Origin: a virus
Taxonomy: Duplodnaviria; Caudoviricetes
Direction: 5' to 3' (one strand)
Length of the DNA stretch: 64,000 nucleotides
Virus record (IMG/VR): IMGVR_UViG_3300009159_000072
Coordinates: 276 to 64,275 of that record
The position numbers were made by a program, and so were the translations under genes. Shown piece by piece: positions 10,349-18,973 of this stretch (its first letter is position 1; each line of letters starts with the position of its first letter). The notes beneath the pieces are model-generated. The model did not search any database. It saw only the letters and a program-made list of their open reading frames with translations, and was not told the origin of the DNA.

Positions 10349-12817
10349 ATGAGTTCTATCATCAATGCTGATGACGGCAGTGTTTCAGGTCGTGCAGGTC
10401 TAAAAACAATATCTGGAAATAACGGTACACTAGAGATACAATCTAAAGGTGTAGCCGCTATTACGGTTAATGATACACAATCCGTTACATTTGCAAATAC
10501 TATTTACGCACCATCAATTGTAAGTGCAAGTATTAACGTACTGACTAGTTCATCAACATCAGCATTTGGCCAAGCTAACTTAGCTTATAGTGCGGCTAAT
10601 ACCGCAGTTACATCAGGACAAGCAAACGTTGGGTCCGCGGTTATTGCAGTTACTTCTGCATATCAAGCTAACGTTGGTGCGGTCAATATTTCATTAAACT
10701 CTGAGATTAGTACTCGTCAAGCTAACGTTGGTGATGCAGTAATTTCTACCACCAATGCTTACCAAGCTAACGTAGGTGCTGGTCGTATTGCTGACCAATT
10801 ATCTGCTCAAGCTAATACTGGTGCAGTTAACATCGGATTGAATAGTGAGATTACTAACCGTCAAGCAAACGTTGGTGATGCGGTAATTTCCACAACAAAT
10901 GCTTACCAAGCTAACGTAGGCTCAGCTAGAATTGCATTACAAGGTCGTGCAGACTCCGCATTTCAACAAGCTAACTTAGCATACATTCAAGCTAACACAG
11001 CTTTTGATACCGCCAATACAAAACTAGCCTTGACTGGTGGAACAATTTCTGGCAACTTAACTATTTCCGGTAACCTAACAATTATTGGAAATACAACTAC
11101 AGTTTCTGCAAATAATCTCGTTGTTAAAGATAATATGATTTATCTTAATGATGAAGATTACACATCAAATATTGACGTAGGTATTGTATCAAATTATTTT
11201 GATACTTCTTACAGACATACAGGTATATTCAGAGATGCATCGGATGGTATTTGGAAGTTCTTTGATAACTACCAACCAGAACCTGATGCCGCAGTCAACA
11301 TTGATACTTCAAATGCAACATTCAGAATTGCTACTATTTTTGCAAACGTAAAGACTGATGTTATCAGTGTTCGCGGAATGGATCCACTTGGTGTTGCTAA
11401 TAGTGGTTTTGCACAAGCTAACTTGGCTTATACTACAGCCAATTCTGGAAGTGGTGTAGCCGCTTCTGCATTTGGTCAAGCTAACCTTGCTTATACTGCC
11501 GCAAACTCTGGTGTTGGTATTGCCACATCAGCTTTTGGTCAGGCTAACTTAGCATATAACACAGCCAATTCTGGAAGTGGTGTGGCCGCTTCTGCATTTG
11601 GTCAGGCTAACCTTGCTTATACTGCCGCTAATACCGCAGTTACAACAGGACAAGCTAACGTTGGTGCTGGACTTATTGCCACAACAAGTGCATATCAGGC
11701 CAACTCTGGTGCAGGTCTAATCTCATTAAGTTCTACTTTAACATCAGCATATCAGGCTAACGTTGGTGCAGGACTTATCAGTACCACTTCTGCATATCAG
11801 GCAAACGTTGGTGCTGGTTTATTAACCAAAGCTGGGACAACAGGTTCTGGAGCATCTGGCACTTGGGGTATCAACGTTACAGGTAGTGCAGGTTCAGCAA
11901 CAACAGCTACCAACGTGTCTGGCGGTACAGTATCGGCAACTACAGGTACTTTTAGTGGCCTTATTAAGGCTGATGGTGGGACAACGCAAGTTGGATCTAG
12001 CGCAGGCACGTATCGTCAGTTTCGATATGACGGAACCATATCGTCCGATGGCACAAATTTTTATACCCTACTCAATTCTAACAACTATACCAGCTACAGT
12101 CCATCATTGACAGGTTCTGGAGCATCTGGCACTTGGGGTATCAACGTTACAGGTAGTGCAGGTTCAGCAACAACAGCTACCAGTGCAACATCTTTAAACA
12201 GCAGTAACTTCATAACTCAAAAGGGTAGTACCGGCTCTTGGAATGCAGACTTCCAAGCTACACCGGCAGGTACAACAGCATATAATGGCGATTTAGGCGC
12301 TAACGGTACAAACGGACCTGGAGGTTCGTGGTGGATTCAACAAAACTTTCGACATACTAACGCATCTAACTATTGGGGAATCCAAGTTGCTTGGGGTTGG
12401 GAAGATAACGCCAATAGATTAGCAACACGAAATGTTACTTCCGGTACTTTTGGAAGCTGGGTTTATTATGTAAATTCATCTAACTATAACGCTGTCATTA
12501 ACCGTGGATTATGTCTCCGTGAAACTAACGGTGGCACTATGACCGCCGGCTACATTTACAGTATCTACACGGGCGGTGGTGCAGTTGGTATGTATCTTCC
12601 AACTGTTGCAAACACGGTTGCTGGTGACACAATCCGAATTTTAAACTTGCTAAATACATGGTCAGCGACAAATCCATTTTATGTGTACATGAACGGTTCA
12701 ACTCAAATTATGGGTGATGCCAGCACAATGACTTGTGCCATCAATGTTGGTGGTTTTACGCTTGTGTGTAACTACAATGATGGTACTACCGCTCGTTGGT
12801 CTGTGACTGCGGGTTAA
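10349..12817 (+). CDS. Long tail fibre-like protein with QANVG and SAFGQANLAY repeats
   Basis: Coiled-coil-like repeats; GNLTIIGNTTTV...VKDNMIYLN domain; GTWGINVTG motifs; late-promoter-like AATAAATA at 10319-10326. Confidence 0.75.
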   Translation: MSSIINADDGSVSGRAGLKTISGNNGTLEIQSKGVAAITVNDTQSVTFANTIYAPSIVSASINVLTSSSTSAFGQANLAYSAANTAVTSGQANVGSAVIAVTSAYQANVGAVNISLNSEISTRQANVGDAVISTTNAYQANVGAGRIADQLSAQANTGAVNIGLNSEITNRQANVGDAVISTTNAYQANVGSARIALQGRADSAFQQANLAYIQANTAFDTANTKLALTGGTISGNLTISGNLTIIGNTTTVSANNLVVKDNMIYLNDEDYTSNIDVGIVSNYFDTSYRHTGIFRDASDGIWKFFDNYQPEPDAAVNIDTSNATFRIATIFANVKTDVISVRGMDPLGVANSGFAQANLAYTTANSGSGVAASAFGQANLAYTAANSGVGIATSAFGQANLAYNTANSGSGVAASAFGQANLAYTAANTAVTTGQANVGAGLIATTSAYQANSGAGLISLSSTLTSAYQANVGAGLISTTSAYQANVGAGLLTKAGTTGSGASGTWGINVTGSAGSATTATNVSGGTVSATTGTFSGLIKADGGTTQVGSSAGTYRQFRYDGTISSDGTNFYTLLNSNNYTSYSPSLTGSGASGTWGINVTGSAGSATTATSATSLNSSNFITQKGSTGSWNADFQATPAGTTAYNGDLGANGTNGPGGSWWIQQNFRHTNASNYWGIQVAWGWEDNANRLATRNVTSGTFGSWVYYVNSSNYNAVINRGLCLRETNGGTMTAGYIYSIYTGGGAVGMYLPTVANTVAGDTIRILNLLNTWSATNPFYVYMNGSTQIMGDASTMTCAINVGGFTLVCNYNDGTTARWSVTAG
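11840..12182 (+). repeat. Perfect 73-nt direct repeat pair (11840-11912 and 12110-12182)
   Basis: ACAGGTTCTGGAGCATCTGGCACTTGGGG...CAACAGCTACCA occurs twice, 270 nt apart and in frame. Confidence 0.9.
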
Positions 12818-12850
12818 TTTAAATTTAAAAAATTTTAAAGAAGGTTTATT

Positions 12851-13297
12851 ATGATTATTACACCGGATGATTTTGAAGTTCAAACTCTCGAAAAAACACT
12901 CCAATATGCTTCAAAAAATCAACCATGGCTTGTTTATCGGGACGAAAATAAATTTTATGTTAACTCCGGTGATGAATATGCTTATGAGTATGTAGAGCAT
13001 GAACAAAGTTACTATGTTGATACCAACATGCAAAAAGGTATGTTGGTTTTACCACCAAATCCAAGAGATGGATTTAAAATTATTGTTAGTGATTATTTTG
13101 GTAGTTGGATTTATCATCCATTAATTATTCATCGTAATGGAAAACCAATTATGGGAATAGATGAAAATATGACATGTGATGCACCAAATTCTATTTTTGC
13201 TTTGATATATACTAATACATCATCTGGTTGGGTTGTAACACAGAATCTTACTACAACCGAACTTTTAAACAAGGTCAAGAAAGGACCATTTCAATGA
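12851..13297 (+). CDS. Hypothetical fibre/baseplate-associated protein
   Basis: The LPPNP..G..I.VSD..GSW...PLII.RNG..IMG...TCD...GW domain resembles the C-terminus of the upstream fibre. Confidence 0.65.
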   Translation: MIITPDDFEVQTLEKTLQYASKNQPWLVYRDENKFYVNSGDEYAYEYVEHEQSYYVDTNMQKGMLVLPPNPRDGFKIIVSDYFGSWIYHPLIIHRNGKPIMGIDENMTCDAPNSIFALIYTNTSSGWVVTQNLTTTELLNKVKKGPFQ

Positions 13298-14064
13298 GTA
13301 GCTTATCTACATTTATTGCCGCCGCAGGTGGGGGTGGCGGTAAATTAAAATATCAAGAATTCACCTCAGGAGGAACATTTACTCCTTCTGCAACTCTAGT
13401 TACCAACGGCGGTCAAGTTTGGGTAATGGTTGTTGGAGGTGGCGGCGGTGGCGGCGGAGGAACTAATACGGGCAAATACGGAAACTCCACCGGTGGCGGT
13501 GGCGGTGGTGGAGGTTTAAAAATGAGTCCCTTTACCGCGACTACAGCACAAACAGTGACCATCGGCGCTGCCGGTGCTGCCGGTAGTAATTACTCTGGTA
13601 GTGATGGTGGTACCACATCTATTGGATCTTTATCTGTTGTTGGTGGTGGTGGTGGTGGGGCATACTACACCGGTGGTAGTTTGAACGGCCGAACAGGTGG
13701 CTGCGGCGGCGGCGCTTGGGGCTCACCGGGTGGCTCCACCAGCGGCGGCGGCGGCGGTATGGGCGGAACGGCTTACACGTGGGCAACTTCCGGCCAGGGT
13801 AAAGGAACTATTGGAAGCGCAGGAAATTCTCCTCATCCAACGACTGGATATTGGCTTGGTGGTCATACCGGCGGTACTGTGGGAATTATGGGATTTTGTG
13901 GCGGCGGCGGTGGTTACACTGGAGTGGGTTCTTCTGGTGGTGGCAATGGTGTCGGCTACAGCGGCAGCGCCGGAGACGCAAATACCGGCGGCGGCGGCGG
14001 CGGGGGCATCACCGCAGGCACCGCCGGTGGCACAGGATTCTGCCGTGTTTGGTGGTTTGAATAA
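13294..14064 (+). CDS. Glycine-rich virion protein
   Basis: ATG at 13294 overlaps the previous TGA; FTSGGTFTP...V.VVGGGGGGG...ANTGGGGGG...G.CRVWW family pattern. Confidence 0.75.
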   Translation: MSSLSTFIAAAGGGGGKLKYQEFTSGGTFTPSATLVTNGGQVWVMVVGGGGGGGGGTNTGKYGNSTGGGGGGGGLKMSPFTATTAQTVTIGAAGAAGSNYSGSDGGTTSIGSLSVVGGGGGGAYYTGGSLNGRTGGCGGGAWGSPGGSTSGGGGGMGGTAYTWATSGQGKGTIGSAGNSPHPTTGYWLGGHTGGTVGIMGFCGGGGGYTGVGSSGGGNGVGYSGSAGDANTGGGGGGGITAGTAGGTGFCRVWWFE

Positions 14065-14073
14065 GGAAATAAA

Positions 14074-14574
14074 ATGATATTTGCATTAATTAAAAACAAT
14101 ATTGTCGAAAACATAGCCGTAGCTGACCAGGAATGGGCTGATACTATTTTAACAGATTGGCAATACGTCATCGATATTACAGACGTAACTCCACAACCTG
14201 GTCCACTTTGGTCATATGACGGCCATGCATTTGAGCCGGACCCTCCACCTCCTGCGTTACCTCCAGAGCCGATAAATTGGAAAATTACACGACTTGCGTT
14301 CCGCAACCGGTTTACATCTTCTGAAAAAGTAGCGGTGGAACTAGGTTGTTTGGATAATCCAGAAGGAACATTACAACAACGTCAACAAGCCGCGTTGCTT
14401 AGAACGATGCAAAAAGATTTAGATGCCGCAAGTTATATCGATTTAAAGAACCAAGACACACGTAATGGTGTTCAAGCATTAGAAACGGCAGGTCTTTTGG
14501 CATCAGGCCGCGCATCACAAATTCTTAATATTAATCCTACTCGTATAGAAGTTTACACTGGACCAACAACATGA
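14074..14574 (+). CDS. Hypothetical protein (fibre-associated)
   Basis: FALIKNNIVENIAVAD N-terminus and ITRLAFRNRFT motif; AAGGA SD. Confidence 0.65.
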   Translation: MIFALIKNNIVENIAVADQEWADTILTDWQYVIDITDVTPQPGPLWSYDGHAFEPDPPPPALPPEPINWKITRLAFRNRFTSSEKVAVELGCLDNPEGTLQQRQQAALLRTMQKDLDAASYIDLKNQDTRNGVQALETAGLLASGRASQILNINPTRIEVYTGPTT

Positions 14575-14939
14575 CAAATACTCCTGAAAGCAAAATTATA
14601 ATGACAGGGAGTGTATATACTCGGCTTATGTCATTTCATAAAAAAGGCGATAAAAATATAGGCCATTCACATCAATATGACCATGCAACTCTTGTAGCAT
14701 CAGGGTCTGTTGTTGTTCGAACAAAAGGACAAGAAACAATCTACAAAGCTCCAGATTTAATTTGGATATCAAAAGGTATAGAACATGAGCTAGAAGCATT
14801 GGAAGACAATACAATATGTGCATGTATTCATGCATTGCGAGATGATAATTCCGAAATTATTGATCCTGCTATGATTCCTGCTGGCACTGTAAACGATTAC
14901 AGTCTTTTTGAAAGTTTTGAGCCCCTTATTCACAAATAA
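14571..14939 (+). CDS. Cupin-domain protein
   Basis: GHSHQYDH...G.V...I.KG.EH.LEALED...CIH cupin motifs. Confidence 0.75.
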   Translation: MTNTPESKIIMTGSVYTRLMSFHKKGDKNIGHSHQYDHATLVASGSVVVRTKGQETIYKAPDLIWISKGIEHELEALEDNTICACIHALRDDNSEIIDPAMIPAGTVNDYSLFESFEPLIHK

Positions 14940-15023
14940 AATTTATTAAAATAAAATTGGTTTGGTATACTCCATCCTCTTAACTAAATAACTAATTATC
15001 ATTTATACATAAGGAGAATTGAA

Positions 15024-15197
15024 ATGAATGAACAACAAGAACCAACAGTAACTTTGGAACTTAAAGCATCCCAAGTAAATGCAATTATTGCAGGTTTAGA
15101 AGAACTTCCACATAAAGTAAGCCGTGCTATCATTGATGAGATTATTCGTCAAGGACAACCACAATTGCAAGCGCAACCTTCAGAAGCGGTATTGTAA
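15024..15197 (+). CDS. Small hypothetical protein (57 aa, not in the ORF track)
   Basis: Translates as MNEQQEPTVTLELKASQVNAIIAGLEELPHK...; AAGGAG SD; ACTAAATA late-type promoter at 14983-14990; followed by a terminator. Confidence 0.7.
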   Translation: MNEQQEPTVTLELKASQVNAIIAGLEELPHKVSRAIIDEIIRQGQPQLQAQPSEAVL

Positions 15198-15228
15198 TAG
15201 GACCTCGTTAAAAGTATTAGACTCTATT

Positions 15229-15258
15229 AATAACCTCACTTTGGTGGGGTTATTTTTT
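15229..15258 (+). terminator. Rho-independent terminator
   Basis: AATAACCTCAC-TTTG-GTGGGGTTATT stem followed by a T-run. Confidence 0.75.
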
Positions 15259-15263
15259 ATCTT

Positions 15264-15271
15264 TATAAATA
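15264..15271 (+). promoter_or_regulatory. T4-type late promoter TATAAATA
   Basis: Exact consensus upstream of gp13. Confidence 0.75.
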
Positions 15272-15297
15272 GGTAATAAACTATAGGTATATTACAC

Positions 15298-16251
15298 ATG
15301 GCTAAACCTACAACAAGAACCGAATTTAAAGACTACTGTTTACGTAGATTAGGTCATCCAGTTATTCAAATTAATGTTGATGATGACCAAGTTGAAGATC
15401 GTATTGATGATGCTTTATCATTTTTTCACGATTACCATTTTGATGGTTGTGAAAAAATGTTTATGAAACATCAAATGACACAAGTTGATATTGACAGAAA
15501 GTGGATTTATTGCCCGGATGCCGTATTATTTGTGACTGGTGTTATGCCTTTCGACTCTTCTTCATCATCAGTCAATATGTTTGACTTACGTTATCAATTG
15601 CGTTTACATGATTTGTATGATTTTACATCAGTTTCTTATGTCTCATATGAGATTACCATGCAACACATCCAGACATTGAATCTGTTATTCTCTGGTACAC
15701 CTCAATTTAGATTTAATCGCAAACAAAATAAAGTATTCCTAGACATTAATTGGAGTTCCGATTTGCAAGTGGGTGAGTATGTTATACTTGATTGTTACCG
15801 TAAAGTTAGTCCAGACATATTTACAATTTCTGGAACAGTTACAACTTCAAATACCACTAACCTTGTTACTGGTACAGGAACAGTATTCTCCAGAGATGTT
15901 ACTATTGGCGATGATATGACTTTTGGTAGCGAATCTAAACGTATTGTATCTATTATCAGTGACACACAATTAGTTGTGGATTCAACATTTAGCACAATAC
16001 AAACAAATGTGACTGCGTTTAAAGCTGGTGAATCTGATGTATGGGATGATAAATTCTTAAAATCGTATGCAACTGCTAAAATTAAATATCAATGGGGAAC
16101 AAATTTATCTAAGTTTGCAGGCATTCAAATGCCCGGTGGTGTAACATTAGATGGTCCACGTATTATGCAAGAAGCACAAACTGAGATTGATAAACTAGAA
16201 GAAGAAATGTTCAGCTCCAATAGTTTGCCAAGTGAGATTTTTACTGGATAA
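15298..16251 (+). CDS. gp13: Neck protein gp13
   Basis: KDYCLRRLGHPVIQINVDDDQVEDRIDDAL and QWGTNLSKFAGIQMPGGVTLDG motifs; T4 gene order. Confidence 0.92.
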   Translation: MAKPTTRTEFKDYCLRRLGHPVIQINVDDDQVEDRIDDALSFFHDYHFDGCEKMFMKHQMTQVDIDRKWIYCPDAVLFVTGVMPFDSSSSSVNMFDLRYQLRLHDLYDFTSVSYVSYEITMQHIQTLNLLFSGTPQFRFNRKQNKVFLDINWSSDLQVGEYVILDCYRKVSPDIFTISGTVTTSNTTNLVTGTGTVFSRDVTIGDDMTFGSESKRIVSIISDTQLVVDSTFSTIQTNVTAFKAGESDVWDDKFLKSYATAKIKYQWGTNLSKFAGIQMPGGVTLDGPRIMQEAQTEIDKLEEEMFSSNSLPSEIFTG

Positions 16252-16263
16252 TTGGAGCATAAA

Positions 16264-17157
16264 ATTTCTACCAACTTTTATTTCAATAATTTTCCACAAC
16301 ATCAAATTACCAGTGAGCAATTACTGGTTGAAGATTTGGTGATAGAAGCTATGCAAATTCATGGTATGGATGTATTCTATCTTCCTCGCATGACTGGAGA
16401 TAGTGTAGATTATATTTATGGTGAAGATACATTGAAACAATATCGTCAAGCATTACCTATAGAAATGTATCTAGAAAACGTTACAGGTATGGATGGTGAA
16501 GGCGATTTTATCTCTAAGTTTGGTCTTGAAATTCGAGATGAAGTTACTTTATTAGTATCTCGCCGTAGATTTGCGGCAACAGTAAACCAAATTAGACCTA
16601 ATGAAGGTGACTTGGTTTACATTCCATTGTTACAGAACTTTTTTGAAATTACATTTGTTGAACATGAAAACAATCAAGCAATGTTCTATACACTTGGTCG
16701 TGGTCGTGGCGGCAACGTTTATGTTTACGCTTTGCGTATGAAACAATTTGTCTTCTCTGAAGAAATTATTTCTACCGGTATTGAAGAGATTGATGGTCAG
16801 ATATTTGATTCATATAAACGCACTAAATTGATACTTGCAAACACTGGTTCAGGTTCATTCTTGCCAACAGAAAGTGTGTACCAAGGAACATCATTGGCAA
16901 CATCAACAGCGCAAGCTGTGGTGTATTCTTATTCACCACATTCTGAAATTATGGTTATTCAACTTCAAGGAACATTTGCTAATGGAAACAATGTGATTGG
17001 TGCTACAAGCGGTGCTTCACGACCAATTATTCAAGAAGATACTTGGACTCAAGTGGGCAATACTATGTTTGAAGAACTTGCAGATAACACAAGATTAGAG
17101 AATGAGGGTAAAGACATTATTGATTTTACAGAACATAATCCATTTGGTGAAGCCTGA
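16264..17157 (+). CDS. gp14: Neck protein gp14 (probable ATT start at 16264; ORF open from TTG 16252)
   Basis: EQLLVEDLVIEA...YLPR, SKFGLEIRDE, PNEGDLVY and C-terminal DFTEHNPFG motifs. Confidence 0.9.
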   Translation: MSTNFYFNNFPQHQITSEQLLVEDLVIEAMQIHGMDVFYLPRMTGDSVDYIYGEDTLKQYRQALPIEMYLENVTGMDGEGDFISKFGLEIRDEVTLLVSRRRFAATVNQIRPNEGDLVYIPLLQNFFEITFVEHENNQAMFYTLGRGRGGNVYVYALRMKQFVFSEEIISTGIEEIDGQIFDSYKRTKLILANTGSGSFLPTESVYQGTSLATSTAQAVVYSYSPHSEIMVIQLQGTFANGNNVIGATSGASRPIIQEDTWTQVGNTMFEELADNTRLENEGKDIIDFTEHNPFGEA

Positions 17158-18155
17158 TGTTAAATAACGATCACTTTTACAACCGAACAATAAGAAAAGT
17201 TATTGTTGCATTTGGTAGTGTGTTTAATGATATTGAAATTATTCGTTATAATAAAGCACAAACTACAGAGTATGAAAGAATTCGTGTTCCATTGTCCTAT
17301 GGACCAAAAGAAAAATATTTAACTCGCATTACTACTGATCCAAATTTGACAAAATCTATTGCTACTGTGGTTCCGCGTATTGGATTTGACTTATCTAGTT
17401 TATCGTATGACGTTAATAGAAAATTAAATACTATGTCCAGAAATACAGCCATTCAAAACAATGGTTCCATTGCTGGACAATACAATCCAGTTCCATACGA
17501 TTTTGATTTTGACATGGCAATTTATGTCAGAAACATTGAAGATGGTACTCAAATTCTTGAACAAATTCTTCCATTTTTTACCCCAGATTTTACAGTCACT
17601 GTGAATCTAAATGAAGCGATGGGTAGAAAATATGATATGCCTATTATTTTAAATTCAGTTTCTTCTGAAATTGATTATGAGAGTGATATGACTACAACAA
17701 GATTGATCATATGGAATCTTTCATTTACAGCTAAAGGTTATATTTTTCCTGCTGTAAAAACGGATGCCAAAATAATTAATCAAGCTAACACCAATTTTTA
17801 TATTGATAGTAGAAATACACAAAGTCAACAAGTGTATGTTGATAAAGCAAACAGTTCTGGGGTGTTTACAACAAACGAAACTTATCGAGAAATTACTACA
17901 GGCAAAACTGGAACAATTGTTTATTATGCAAATAATACAACAGGATCATTAGTAGTTACAAATGTATCAGATTTATTGGATGAGGGTGATGAAATTATTG
18001 GTGATTATTCTCACTCTAGAGCAATCATAAATACAGTAGATGTTAATCCATTAAAAACAGTTTCTGTAGTTATTACAACAAATCCTTATGGTAAATTACC
18101 CAATAGTGATTTTGGTTATACAACAACAAGAAAAGAGTTTCCAAAAACAATATGA
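17157..18155 (+). CDS. gp15: Tail sheath stabilizer/terminator gp15
   Basis: HFYNRTIRK...FGSVFNDI, VPLSYGPKEK and QILEQILPFFTP motifs. Confidence 0.92.
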   Translation: MLNNDHFYNRTIRKVIVAFGSVFNDIEIIRYNKAQTTEYERIRVPLSYGPKEKYLTRITTDPNLTKSIATVVPRIGFDLSSLSYDVNRKLNTMSRNTAIQNNGSIAGQYNPVPYDFDFDMAIYVRNIEDGTQILEQILPFFTPDFTVTVNLNEAMGRKYDMPIILNSVSSEIDYESDMTTTRLIIWNLSFTAKGYIFPAVKTDAKIINQANTNFYIDSRNTQSQQVYVDKANSSGVFTTNETYREITTGKTGTIVYYANNTTGSLVVTNVSDLLDEGDEIIGDYSHSRAIINTVDVNPLKTVSVVITTNPYGKLPNSDFGYTTTRKEFPKTI

Positions 18156-18538
18156 AAAATAGTGACCAAAAATTATCGGATATTTTTGATATTGCGCCTG
18201 CAATAAATGTAACACCTGCGCTTGTGCCTATTGTGGATGAGGGGGTTGAATCTGATTTTGCTTTTGCTAGAAAAAATATTAGAGATTTGGTAGAAAAAGG
18301 AAATACAGCGGTTGATAATATACTTCAAGTTGCATCAGCCACAGATCATCCAAGAGCATATGAAGTTGCATCTAATATGATTAAACAACTTGGTGATTTA
18401 AACCGAGATTTACTTTCCCTACAAAAAATGCGTAAAGAATTGTCTCCGCAAACATCACAAACAACAGTTAATGTTGATAAAGCAGTATTTGTAGGATCAA
18501 CAGCAGAATTAATTAAACAAATCAAAGGAATCCAATAA
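18152..18538 (+). CDS. gp16: Terminase small subunit gp16
   Basis: DF..AR.N....., HPRAYEV and VFVGST.EL motifs. Confidence 0.9.
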   Translation: MKNSDQKLSDIFDIAPAINVTPALVPIVDEGVESDFAFARKNIRDLVEKGNTAVDNILQVASATDHPRAYEVASNMIKQLGDLNRDLLSLQKMRKELSPQTSQTTVNVDKAVFVGSTAELIKQIKGIQ

Positions 18539-18972
18539 TGGATACACTCATTCAACAACTAAAAGTTATTCTTGGTACAAATTTTGCACTGTATTTTAAG
18601 TCTCATGGATATCACTGGAACATTGAGGGTTCAAATTTTCCACAGTATCACGATTTCTTAAATAATTTTTATACTGCTGTATTTGCACAAACTGATACTA
18701 TTTCAGAACATATTCGTTATCTTGGTTCATATTCACCAGGATCGTTAGCTAGAATGTTAGAGCTTGCAGACATTCAAGAATCAACCAATATTCCAGATGC
18801 ACTAAGCATGATGACAGAATTGAAAGCAGATAATGATAGATTCATTTATCATTTGAGAGCAGGCATTCAAGCAGCGGAAAATGCACAAGAACCTGGGGTG
18901 TCAAATTTTCTACAAGACTTATTAGGTAACCATCAAAAACAAGCATGGATGTTAAGAAGCATTATTAAGTAA
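18538..18972 (+). CDS. dps: Dps/ferritin-like DNA-protecting protein
   Basis: YFKSHGYHWNIEG.NF.QYH, D.ISEHIR and HQKQAWMLRS motifs (Dps ferroxidase signature). Confidence 0.88.
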   Translation: MDTLIQQLKVILGTNFALYFKSHGYHWNIEGSNFPQYHDFLNNFYTAVFAQTDTISEHIRYLGSYSPGSLARMLELADIQESTNIPDALSMMTELKADNDRFIYHLRAGIQAAENAQEPGVSNFLQDLLGNHQKQAWMLRSIIK

Positions 18973-18973
18973 T

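Noticed and set aside
13420-14030. GGC/GGT-rich high-GC tract as a foreign element or microsatellite
   Set aside because: It is fully explained by the poly-glycine coding sequence of the glycine-rich virion protein.
1539-14064. Diversity-generating retroelement or invertible cassette acting on the fibre genes
   Set aside because: No reverse transcriptase, invertase, adenine-specific TR/VR pair or inverted cassette is visible in the window.
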